A stretch of DNA of 64,000 nucleotides from Candidatus Uhrbacteria bacterium CG10_big_fil_rev_8_21_14_0_10_48_16 (GTDB lineage: Bacteria > Patescibacteriota > Patescibacteriia > UBA9934 > GWF2-40-263). Position numbers and translations under genes: made by a program. Positions 10,946 to 19,602 of the stretch are shown here, one piece after another; the first letter of the stretch is position 1; the number at the start of each line of letters is the position of its first letter. The stretch covers positions 6,824-70,823 of the forward strand of contig PFEU01000008.1 in the NCBI GenBank assembly GCA_002793515.1, given 5' to 3'. The notes under the pieces are model-generated. The model was not told the DNA's origin and did no database searches. It saw only the letters and a program-made list of their open reading frames with translations.

Positions 10946-11365
10946 TTATTCTCCTGCATCCTCCTGGGGAGTTACTTCAGTTCCTTTACGTCCTCGAGAG
11001 ACAGGTGTTCCATCCTCCATGCTAATACGTCCATTCATACGTGCTCCAGAAGCAATCGAAATTCGACCTGTCACAATATCTCCCGTGACATGTGAGGTCG
11101 AAAGAAGCTCAAGCATTTCTCCAACCATCACGTTGCCGACGACCTCTCCTGCAATCACCGCACTTTCCGCTTTCACATCTGCATGAATTTTTGCCGCTTC
11201 TCCCACATGCAGAACACTTTGTGTCTCCACAGAACCAACGACTTCTCCATCAATCACAACATCTCCTTGTGATCGAAAATCTCCCTCAACACGAACTCCT
11301 TGGGCAATGATTGTCTCATTCCCTGTTGAACTTGGCATAACAGTCTTACTTTTATCCTTAAACAT
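10946..11365 (-). CDS. Bactofilin (polymer-forming cytoskeletal protein)
   Basis: 139 aa of degenerate beta-helical repeats (VRVEGDFRSQGDVVIDGEVVGSVETQSVLHVGEAAKIHADVKAESAVIAGEVVGNV…), characteristic of the bactofilin/DUF583 domain. Confidence 0.7.
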   Translation of the reverse strand: MFKDKSKTVMPSSTGNETIIAQGVRVEGDFRSQGDVVIDGEVVGSVETQSVLHVGEAAKIHADVKAESAVIAGEVVGNVMVGEMLELLSTSHVTGDIVTGRISIASGARMNGRISMEDGTPVSRGRKGTEVTPQEDAGE

Positions 11366-11415
11366 AGATGGTTATTGGATCTTATCAGTTAGAACGCTCT
11401 GGTCAAATCGTTTAT

Positions 11416-13122
11416 CTACATTTCATCAACCGTTTCAATTCCGAGTATTCCCAACCCATGTTGCAACAAATCTCCCACAGAACGAATTAACGCAAGTCGC
11501 TCAGACAAGTCACGCCCTTCCTGTTGAAGAATGGGCTCTCCTGCGTAGAATTCAGAGAATGCTTTTGCAAGCTGGAAAAGAAACTGAGAGAGAATGGCTG
11601 GTTGAAGTTTTTGGATGGTATCAAAGAGCACCTCTGGATACGTTGCGAGCATCATAATAAGTTGATGCTCAGAAGCAGATGTAAGCGTTTCTGCAGACCA
11701 GGAAGGTTTTTTTCTTCCTGCTTTCTTCAACAGACTCTGGATACGCGCATACATATAGAGCAAGTACGGACCTGTATACCCCTCAAACGAAAGGGCGTCC
11801 TTAAGGTTAAAGACGATCTTCTTTCCATTGTCTTGTTTAAGCATGCCAAAACGCATCGCAGAAAACGCAACCGCTCGTACCACCTTGTCGATTTTTTTCT
11901 CAGACCAATCCTCATGTCGTGCGTGTGTCTCTCGACGGGCTTCTTCAAACAGTTCATCTCGCAAATCTTCATAGCGGATAACATTCCCAGTGCGTGCAGC
12001 CATGGCTCCCCCTTCGAGTGTCACAAACTCATACGAGAGATGTTGAAGTTCACGCTCGAAGCCCATGAGTTCCAGTGTCGCGAACAATTGTTGCAACGCA
12101 TGGGACTGTCGTTCATCAACCACATAAATAGATCGTGTGGGGTGATAATCTTCTTCCTTCTTCAGCGCAAGTCCAAGATCCTTTGCATTGTACAAGAGGC
12201 GTCCATCAGACTTGATCAGGAGATTGACTCCTAAATTCTGATCTTCAAGATCCACAATCCATGCTCCTTCTGATTGCTTTACAATCTCTTTCTTAATGAG
12301 ATCGTCAATGATCTTTTTTGTTTTGCCAATCACTTCACTTTCGAAATACCAGTGATCAAGGGTGAGTCCAAGTTCTTCATACACCTGCTTGAGATACTCA
12401 ATAGACCAGCCCCGTGTCTCCTTCCATAGCGCAATCTCGTCTCCGCGTTGATCCTCAAGATGCTGAAAGACTTCTGAAACCTGCACCGAAAATGAAGGTT
12501 GTTCTTTGATCTTCGTCGTCGCTTCGACATACACGTCACGCAAAAAACCAATCCGATCAGCTTCTGAAACTTCTTCTCCTTCATGATAGGTTTTCATGCA
12601 CCAAACAGATTTCGCCACATGCAACCCAAGATCATTGATATACGCCACGGGGACGACATCATATCCACCTGCTTTCAAAAGATTGACGGCTGTTTGACCA
12701 ACAAACAGATTGCGGAGGTGACCAATATGAACATCCTTATGCGAATTCAAGTTCGCAAACTCCACCATGATTCGCTTGTCTTCACCCACATCCGACGTTC
12801 CATATTCATCGCCTAATTCGTGCATCTCCTTCATCACCGCCTCCCCCAACGCACGTGTATCGTAGGTAAAATTCACATACGGACCAACCGCTTTTACCTT
12901 AGCAATATATCCTTTTGGACCAATGGAAGCCGAAAGCTCCACAGCAATCTCATTTGGGTTTCTCTTTAATTTTGATGCGAGCGTAAAGCACGGAAATGCT
13001 AAATCCCCCATCTGGGCATCCGGAGGTATTTCGAAATCTTCCAGAACCGGCACAAAGCCGTGTGGGGCTGCTTGCTTAATCGCTTGAAGCACTTGAGTTT
13101 TTGCGTCTTGTATAACGTACAT
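11416..13122 (-). CDS. argS: Arginine--tRNA ligase
   Basis: 568 aa. HIGH motif NSHKDVHIGHLRN, a class I catalytic core, and a C-terminal DALR anticodon-binding region (DALSFEGYTGPYLLYMYARIQSLL). Confidence 0.95.
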   Translation of the reverse strand: MYVIQDAKTQVLQAIKQAAPHGFVPVLEDFEIPPDAQMGDLAFPCFTLASKLKRNPNEIAVELSASIGPKGYIAKVKAVGPYVNFTYDTRALGEAVMKEMHELGDEYGTSDVGEDKRIMVEFANLNSHKDVHIGHLRNLFVGQTAVNLLKAGGYDVVPVAYINDLGLHVAKSVWCMKTYHEGEEVSEADRIGFLRDVYVEATTKIKEQPSFSVQVSEVFQHLEDQRGDEIALWKETRGWSIEYLKQVYEELGLTLDHWYFESEVIGKTKKIIDDLIKKEIVKQSEGAWIVDLEDQNLGVNLLIKSDGRLLYNAKDLGLALKKEEDYHPTRSIYVVDERQSHALQQLFATLELMGFERELQHLSYEFVTLEGGAMAARTGNVIRYEDLRDELFEEARRETHARHEDWSEKKIDKVVRAVAFSAMRFGMLKQDNGKKIVFNLKDALSFEGYTGPYLLYMYARIQSLLKKAGRKKPSWSAETLTSASEHQLIMMLATYPEVLFDTIQKLQPAILSQFLFQLAKAFSEFYAGEPILQQEGRDLSERLALIRSVGDLLQHGLGILGIETVDEM

Positions 13123-13128
13123 ACCTAT

Positions 13129-15756
13129 CTATCCAGAAGTTAACTGCTGTGTAAGAGTTTGCGCCTTTTTCTGAGCCTCTTCAAGATTTTGTCTCATATC
13201 AGCCACCACCTGCTCAGGCGCTTTTGACGTAAACGCTTCATTTGCAAGCTTTCCTTCAAGACGTTTGATGTACGCAACCGTCTCTTCGTATTGCACTGAA
13301 AGTTTTGCCCGCTCAGCTTCTTGGTCGATGATCCCTTCGAGTGAGACAAGAACTTCGATATCTCGAACAATAACAGACGCAAACTCTCCGACAGGTTTTT
13401 TATTCGCTTTTGTGAGTTTTCTAACACCAGCAAAAAGCTCAACTAGCTTAGATAGATCATCGGGAATGGCTCCAACGAGTACTACATCAACCTTTTGTTT
13501 TAAGGTGAGACCATACTCAGAACGAATATTCCGGATTGCAACTATGACACCCTGAACTTTCTCAAACCAACGTTCTGACTCTGAATGGTAGAAACTTTGT
13601 GATACTACTGGCCACTCGTGGACGATCAACATTGTCTCTGGATCAATCTGCTTCCATAATTCTTCGGTCACAAACGGCATGAACGGATGCCAATAAGCTA
13701 GCAGTCGCTCAAGAATAAAAAGGAGAATTGAATCTGTTGATTCATCTTTTTGTACCTTAGCCACTTCCAAATACCAATCAGCAAATTTACCCCAAGTGAA
13801 ATCACGCAACTTCTCTCCTGCTTGAGAGAACTCATAAGCTTCGAGATGATTCGTAACATCCACCTGAAGCCTACAAAAATGGGAAAGAATCCAATGATCC
13901 GCAAGCGTCTTTGGTACAATTTCTGATTCAGCGACGTGATGAATCTCCTCCACCTGCATGAACACGAAGCGAGAAATATTCCAGAGCTTGTTGGTGAAGT
14001 TTCGATAACCCGCGACCTTCGCCTCGGAAAGTTTCGAGTCGTTCCCTGGTGTGGAACCAATCGTGAGTGAGAGTCGCGTCGCATCCGCACCGTACTCGGC
14101 AATCATGTCGAGTGGGTCGATGATGTTGCCAAGCGACTTGCTCATCTTTCGCCCTTGCTCGTCACGCACCAATCCATGCAGATACACCTTCTCAAATGGA
14201 ATTTGTCCGAGAGTATACGTCGTCATGAGAATCATGCGAGCAACCCAAAAAAACAAAATGTCATAGCCCGTCTCAAGCACCGTCGTTGGATGGAAGGTTT
14301 TGAGATCATCGATCTGGTCAGGCCACCCAAGCGTCGAGAATGTCCAAAGCCCAGAAGAAAACCAGGTATCGAGCGTATCGGGGTCTTGTTCCCATCCATC
14401 CCCTTCTGGCAAGGTGCCCACAGTAATCTCTTCGCCTCGGTACCACACCGGCACACGATGACCGAACCAAATCTGGCGACTGATATTCCAGTCGCGCAAG
14501 TTGTCGATCCAGTGGAAGTAGGTTTTGTTGAAACGATCAGGGATGATTTCGATCTGTCCCTCGCGGACAACCGTCTGCATGAGTTGCTTAAGCGTCACCA
14601 TGTCTCCCTTCTTCATGTTCGCAAGCTCAGCACCCTTAAACGCAAACGCCTTATTCACATCAATAAACCACTGACGCTTTGGAAGCGGTTCAACCGCTTC
14701 GCCACAGCGGTAGCAAACGGATAGGTTGTGCACGTACTCCTCATCAATGTGATCAACCAATCCTTTGGTGGTGAGCTTCTCAACGATTTCCTCTCGAGCT
14801 TCGTGCGCATTCTTCCCAGCAAACGATCCAGCTGCGGCTGTGAACTTCCCGTCCTCGCCGATAATCTGCACGACGTCGAATCCGTACTTCTTAGCCAAAT
14901 CAAAATCGACAAAACTGTGCGCGGGTGTGATGGTCATGGCTCCGGATCCCATTTCCCTATCGGCCGCCTCATCGGCAACCATCTTGGCCATCACGGGTCC
15001 TTCAATCCATTCAACCTCAAACTCCTTCCCTACCAGATCCTTGTATCGATCATCTTGAGGATGGACGATAATGATTTTATCGAGGAATTTTGTTTCCGGT
15101 CGCGCTGTACCGATGACCACCGGCCCGTATTTGAAGTAATAAAACTTCGACTTATGTTCGCGATATTCCACCTCATCATCGGCGAGCGTCGACTTACAAC
15201 GCGGACACCAGTTCACCAGACGGTCACCACGATAAATGAGTCCATCGTCGTACATCATCTTGAAAACCGTATTCACGGCACGGTTGCGTGCCTCGTCGAG
15301 CGTGTATGCTTCTCGCGACCAATCGAGACTGGCCCCCATCTTCTTTGCTTGATTGACGATGGTGTCATGGGATTCAGACGCAAACGCTTCTACACGCTTC
15401 AAAAATTCTTCTCGCCCAAGTTCCTGACGGGGATCTTTCATTCCTTGTGCCATCAGCAACTTCTCAACCTTTGTTTGCGTGGCGATCGCTGCGTGATCCG
15501 TTCCCGGAACCCACAATGCTTTGCGCCAACGCATCCGATTGAAGCGGGTCATAATATCCTCAATGGCAAGCATCACCGCATGACCCATGTGAAGAGTTCC
15601 TGTGACGTTTGGGGGTGGAAGAACAATCGAAAAGCTTTCTGTTCGCTCACCAGGAAGATTATCGGGATTAAAAAAACCACTCTTTTCCCAAGCGGTATAG
15701 ATAGCGTCTTCGTATTCTTTGGCTTCGTAGGCCTTAGGGATATCTTGTTTTGCCAT
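13129..15756 (-). CDS. valS: Valine--tRNA ligase
   Basis: PPPNVTGTLHMGHA (HIGH), KMSKSLGN (KMSKS), an editing domain, and a C-terminal coiled coil. The likely start is MAKQDIP at 15756; the ORF-track start at 15795 adds 13 residues. Confidence 0.95.
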   Translation of the reverse strand: MAKQDIPKAYEAKEYEDAIYTAWEKSGFFNPDNLPGERTESFSIVLPPPNVTGTLHMGHAVMLAIEDIMTRFNRMRWRKALWVPGTDHAAIATQTKVEKLLMAQGMKDPRQELGREEFLKRVEAFASESHDTIVNQAKKMGASLDWSREAYTLDEARNRAVNTVFKMMYDDGLIYRGDRLVNWCPRCKSTLADDEVEYREHKSKFYYFKYGPVVIGTARPETKFLDKIIIVHPQDDRYKDLVGKEFEVEWIEGPVMAKMVADEAADREMGSGAMTITPAHSFVDFDLAKKYGFDVVQIIGEDGKFTAAAGSFAGKNAHEAREEIVEKLTTKGLVDHIDEEYVHNLSVCYRCGEAVEPLPKRQWFIDVNKAFAFKGAELANMKKGDMVTLKQLMQTVVREGQIEIIPDRFNKTYFHWIDNLRDWNISRQIWFGHRVPVWYRGEEITVGTLPEGDGWEQDPDTLDTWFSSGLWTFSTLGWPDQIDDLKTFHPTTVLETGYDILFFWVARMILMTTYTLGQIPFEKVYLHGLVRDEQGRKMSKSLGNIIDPLDMIAEYGADATRLSLTIGSTPGNDSKLSEAKVAGYRNFTNKLWNISRFVFMQVEEIHHVAESEIVPKTLADHWILSHFCRLQVDVTNHLEAYEFSQAGEKLRDFTWGKFADWYLEVAKVQKDESTDSILLFILERLLAYWHPFMPFVTEELWKQIDPETMLIVHEWPVVSQSFYHSESERWFEKVQGVIVAIRNIRSEYGLTLKQKVDVVLVGAIPDDLSKLVELFAGVRKLTKANKKPVGEFASVIVRDIEVLVSLEGIIDQEAERAKLSVQYEETVAYIKRLEGKLANEAFTSKAPEQVVADMRQNLEEAQKKAQTLTQQLTSG

Positions 15757-15961
15757 ATCGCAACGTAGTTTAGGGAAAAACGGGCTATTTTGCAACTATT
15801 TTGTGAAAATAGCTCATGACTCAGATAAATTGACAAAATGTCGATTTTGGAACACAATTCGTCCTCGTTCATTTCATCATTCCTGTTCGGAACAAAGGAC
15901 CTTTCACGGGTTCTGTGTCCCGAGCAGGAACTGTTCGGCCCCATAAACCGGAGGACCAGAC

Positions 15962-18262
15962 ATGGAAAAGAACCTGATGTGTGTGATGTGGATGTTGCTG
16001 GTCTTCCTGACCGGTTGCGACATCGCGCCGTTCATCGGCGACCTGAAGACTTCGGTCTGTGACTTTGATAAGGACGGACTCGCGCGCAGTAGCGACTACT
16101 GTGGCGGTCCGGACTGCGACGACGGCGACCAGGACGTGGGAGAGCCCACCATCTGGTACAACGACGTCGACCAGGACGGCTTCGGCGGTGAGACACAGGA
16201 AACTGCGTGCTCGGCCCCCCCGAACTTCGTCGACCACAATGGCGACTGCGACGACACCAGTGAACTCGTCCACCCAGACGCCATCGAAGTCTGCAACGGG
16301 TACGACGACAACTGCGACGGCGGGATCGATGACGAGAACATCCCCACCTGGTACGCAGACGTCGACACCGATGGCTACGGCGACCTCGCAAACTCTCAGG
16401 AGTCCTGCGACGAGCCCACGGGCTACGTCGACAACAGCGATGACTGCGACGACGGCGATGCGACGGTCAACCCTGAAGGGGTGGAGATCTGTGACGACGG
16501 CATCGACCAGGACTGCAACGGCATCATCGACGACGCCGACGGATCTGTCACCTGGTACGCAGACGCGGACGGTGACAGCTACGGCGACCCGGAAAATCTC
16601 CTCGCTACGTGCGTGGAGAACCCCGAAGGGTACGTCAGCAACGCCAACGACTGCGACGACAGCGAAGCAGACGTGAACCCCAGCGCCGTCGAGATCTGTG
16701 ACGATCTCATCGACAACAACTGCAACGGTGAAACCGACACGGACACCGAAGACGTCAACTGGTACGCCGACGTGGACGGTGACGGCTACGGCGACGAGTC
16801 GGACAGCCTCGTCGACTGTGCTCCGCCCGAGAGATACGTCGAAGACTTGACCGATTGCGACGATGCCGACGCAGACATCAACCCCGGTGTCGACGAAGTC
16901 TGCAACAACGACATCGACGACAACTGCGACGGGTCCCCCAACGCCTGTGACCACGCTGGAACCATCAGCTTCAGTACGGCAGATGGAACCATCGATGGCA
17001 TGGAGGTGGGTGGATACGCCGGATTTGCGCTCGCAAGCGCCGGTGACTTCAACCTCGATGGCTTCGACGATGTGGTGATGAGTGCCTCACAAGCACACAC
17101 CGTCTACATCTTCTTCGGCCCCATCACCGGAGCGCTCGACACGGACTCGGCCGACATCACCCTCGAAGGACCTTCGGGTTCCTACGCGGGAATGGCGGTC
17201 GCTGGTGCGTGCGATCTCGACGGAGACGGCAACAACACCGACATCCTCGTCGGTGGCCCCTACGACACCGACAACGGAAGCGAAGCCGGTGCCGTCTGGG
17301 TCATCTCTGGCCCCATCTCGTCCGGCACCTACTCGCTGGACGCCATCGCAGACGCCAAGTTGACGGGCAGTGCGGGAAGCCGGTTCGGCTCCTCCGTGGA
17401 CTGCTCCGGTGATAACGATGGGGACGGCAAGGATGACATCCTCGTCGGCGCTCCCAACGATGACGCAACGGCAGAAGATGCCGGCGCGGTCTATCTCGGG
17501 ATCAGCCCGGTCGCCAGCGGAAGCTCCACGAGCCTCATCTCGCTCCTGGGCGTGACCACTGATGATGCGACAGGCTCCATGGTCACCTTCGCGGACGTGG
17601 ACGGTGACGGCTATGCCGACGTCGTCATCGGCACCCATCAGGATGACGATGTCGATACCAATGCGGGTGCCATCGCCATCTTCCTGGGACCCCTCACCTC
17701 CTCGGCTTCGGTGTCCACCGCGGACATCAAGCTGACTGGCGAAAACACCTCGGACTTCGCGGGACGCACCCTCAAGGCGGGAGACATCGACGGGGACGGC
17801 AACGACGACCTGCTCGTTGGCGCCTACCAGTACGACTCCAGCACAGGAGCCTTCTACATCGTCTATGGCGGGGCGACACTCGCGTCCGGATCGCTGAGCA
17901 CGCACATCAAAGTCACGGGAGAAGCCTCAGGCGACAGCGCAAGCTACGGCCTGGGGGGAATCTGTGACTTCGATAGGGACGGAAGCAACGATCTGTTCAT
18001 CGGAGCTCGCACCGAGAGCTCATCGGCTTCGCAAGCCGGCGCGCTCTATATCTTCCACGGAGCTCCCACCAGCGGAAGCACGCTCGGCTCAGCATACGCC
18101 AAGTTCACCGGCGAAACCGCTGGAGACTACGCTGGAGGTGCTCTCGCCACGATGGACCTCGATGGCGACGGGTTCTGTGACGTCGTCACCAGTGCCTACC
18201 TGGGTGACTACACCGGATCGAACACCGGGCGAGTCTACGCCATCTACGGCCTGGGCTACTAG
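15962..18262 (+). CDS. GC-rich secreted lipoprotein with four Cys-rich 'putative metal-binding motif' (MopE-like) repeats followed by FG-GAP/integrin-alpha-type beta-propeller repeats; probable horizontally acquired gene
   Basis: 766 aa. Signal peptide with lipobox MLLVFLTGC, and GGAGGA 8 nt before the ATG. Four repeats of WY.DVDxDGYG…DCDDxDxxVxPxAxExCxxxDxxCdG, then at least 7 repeats of DxDGDGxxDxxVGA (FG-GAP). GC content and codon use (GAC, GGC, third-position G/C) are far above all neighbours. The antisense frames carry Arg-rich spurious ORFs typical of high-GC DNA. Confidence 0.8.
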   Translation: MEKNLMCVMWMLLVFLTGCDIAPFIGDLKTSVCDFDKDGLARSSDYCGGPDCDDGDQDVGEPTIWYNDVDQDGFGGETQETACSAPPNFVDHNGDCDDTSELVHPDAIEVCNGYDDNCDGGIDDENIPTWYADVDTDGYGDLANSQESCDEPTGYVDNSDDCDDGDATVNPEGVEICDDGIDQDCNGIIDDADGSVTWYADADGDSYGDPENLLATCVENPEGYVSNANDCDDSEADVNPSAVEICDDLIDNNCNGETDTDTEDVNWYADVDGDGYGDESDSLVDCAPPERYVEDLTDCDDADADINPGVDEVCNNDIDDNCDGSPNACDHAGTISFSTADGTIDGMEVGGYAGFALASAGDFNLDGFDDVVMSASQAHTVYIFFGPITGALDTDSADITLEGPSGSYAGMAVAGACDLDGDGNNTDILVGGPYDTDNGSEAGAVWVISGPISSGTYSLDAIADAKLTGSAGSRFGSSVDCSGDNDGDGKDDILVGAPNDDATAEDAGAVYLGISPVASGSSTSLISLLGVTTDDATGSMVTFADVDGDGYADVVIGTHQDDDVDTNAGAIAIFLGPLTSSASVSTADIKLTGENTSDFAGRTLKAGDIDGDGNDDLLVGAYQYDSSTGAFYIVYGGATLASGSLSTHIKVTGEASGDSASYGLGGICDFDRDGSNDLFIGARTESSSASQAGALYIFHGAPTSGSTLGSAYAKFTGETAGDYAGGALATMDLDGDGFCDVVTSAYLGDYTGSNTGRVYAIYGLGY

Positions 18263-18286
18263 CCTCAGGCTCACGCGCCCCCACGG

Positions 18287-18330
18287 GCACCCCCCACCCT
18301 TTGACAAGCTCAGGGTGGGGATTTTCTTTT
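18287..18330 (+). terminator. Rho-independent terminator of the GC-rich gene
   Basis: CCCACCCtttgacaagctcAGGGTGGGGattttctttt is an 8-bp GC stem followed by a T-rich tract, 25 nt after the stop codon. Confidence 0.55.
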
Positions 18331-18428
18331 CCTTAATTCCCTTGACGCACCTGAAAAAAGCCTGTAAGTTAGCTCCTTACCCGTGCTTGTTGAAGGTAAG
18401 TAACATATAATTGAACTTACAAATTGGC

Positions 18429-19568
18429 ATGGCCCTGAAGCAGTCACAACAAGTCCTAGAAGCTATCAAGCGAAGCACTCGCCCACTTATTTGTATTCCC
18501 TCTGGTGGTGGTCCTGATGCGTATGCAACGGCTCTGGGTCTTTCGAGTGTTCTCAAGAAACTCGAAAAGGAACCTGTCATTGTCGCTGCGGACGGAAAAG
18601 TTCCAAGCAATCTCCAGTTCTTATCCGGACATGGGGACGTTCACACAAAGCTTGAGAATCTCCGACAGTTCGTGATTGAACTCGACGCATCAAAAACAAA
18701 AGTCGATAGTCTCACCTATGAACACAAGGGAGAAAAACTCTTTGTCTACCTTTCTCCGAAAAAGGGATTCTGGGATCAAAAAGATGTGCGCACCAGTTCT
18801 AGTGGGTATCGATTTGATCTGATTATCTGCATCGGTTCTCCAGACTATGAGTCTTGCGCTCATCTCTATGCGGAAAATCCAGACTTCTTTTTTCGAACAC
18901 CCGTTATCAATATTGATCACACTCCTGAAAATGAACACTACGGGCAAATCAATGCCGTCGATCTCACAGCAAGTGCGTGTGGTGAAGTCTGTCACGATCT
19001 CATTGAAGCTATCGAACCCGGCCTTATTGACGAAGAAGTCGCAACCGCATTCCTCACAGGAATGATTGCAAAAACAAAAAGCTTTCGCACAAGCAACGTC
19101 ACGCCCAAAACGCTTCAGACGGCTAGCAAGCTTATGGCCAAAGGAGCCAGACGAGATGATATTGTTCAGCGCCTCTATCGAACCCGTTCCGTTCCTACCT
19201 TGCGACTTTGGGGTCGCACCCTCGCTCGCTTAAAAGCGGACGAGGAAGCGAAAATGGTTTGGACACTTCTTTCAAAACAAGACTTCTTACATGCAGGAGC
19301 CCAAGAAGAAGATCTTCCTGATGTGATCGATGAGCTCATCGCGTCTTCCCCGAATGCCCGGGTGGTTGTCCTTCTCTATGAAAACTCAGAAAACAATATT
19401 TGCGTCATTGTCAGAGGAGAACGCCCGATCGATGTCATCGAGCTCTGTAAAGGATTTAATGCTTCGGGAACCCGAGAAGAAGTTCGACTCTGCATCATGA
19501 AAAAGAATATCGTCCAAGTCGAAAAAGAACTGATTCCTGCTATACGAAAACAACTTCTAAAAAAATAA
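18429..19568 (+). CDS. DHH-family phosphoesterase (NrnA-like oligoribonuclease/pAp phosphatase family)
   Basis: N-terminal DHH-domain layout (PDAYATALGL…IICIGSPDYESC…NIDHTPENEHYG) and a C-terminal DHHA1-like region. The ORF-track start at 18411 is TTG; the first ATG is 18429. A possible -35/-10 pair (TTGACG-17-TAAGTT) lies at about 18343-18371. Confidence 0.6.
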   Translation: MALKQSQQVLEAIKRSTRPLICIPSGGGPDAYATALGLSSVLKKLEKEPVIVAADGKVPSNLQFLSGHGDVHTKLENLRQFVIELDASKTKVDSLTYEHKGEKLFVYLSPKKGFWDQKDVRTSSSGYRFDLIICIGSPDYESCAHLYAENPDFFFRTPVINIDHTPENEHYGQINAVDLTASACGEVCHDLIEAIEPGLIDEEVATAFLTGMIAKTKSFRTSNVTPKTLQTASKLMAKGARRDDIVQRLYRTRSVPTLRLWGRTLARLKADEEAKMVWTLLSKQDFLHAGAQEEDLPDVIDELIASSPNARVVVLLYENSENNICVIVRGERPIDVIELCKGFNASGTREEVRLCIMKKNIVQVEKELIPAIRKQLLKK

Positions 19569-19599
19569 CAGACTCAAACGAGCCTGTTATTTTTTTAGA
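19566..19599. terminator. Bidirectional terminator between convergent genes
   Basis: taACAGACTCaaacGAGCCTGTtattttttt is a 9-bp stem with 1 mismatch and a run of 7 T. It has an A-run on the other side, so it can serve the minus-strand gene ending at 19603 as well. Confidence 0.55.
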
Positions 19600-19602
19600 T
19601 CA

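Noticed and set aside
14728-15768. 346-aa plus-strand ORF inside valS
   Set aside because: Antisense to an unambiguous ValRS gene (HIGH/KMSKS motifs in the minus frame). No conserved motifs. A typical shadow ORF.
15869-18410. Multiple long minus- and plus-strand ORFs (361, 272, 205, 148 aa and others) overlapping the GC-rich gene, rich in Arg/Thr/Ala
   Set aside because: High-GC DNA yields long stop-free antisense frames. Their translations are Arg/Pro/Thr homopolymer-like with no domain features, whereas the sense frame encodes coherent MopE/FG-GAP repeats with a lipoprotein signal and Shine-Dalgarno.
18411-18428. ORF-track start of the DHH phosphoesterase at 18411
   Set aside because: The codon at 18411 is TTG (the track translates alternative starts as M). 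The first ATG is 18429, so the feature is annotated from there. The TTG start remains a possibility.
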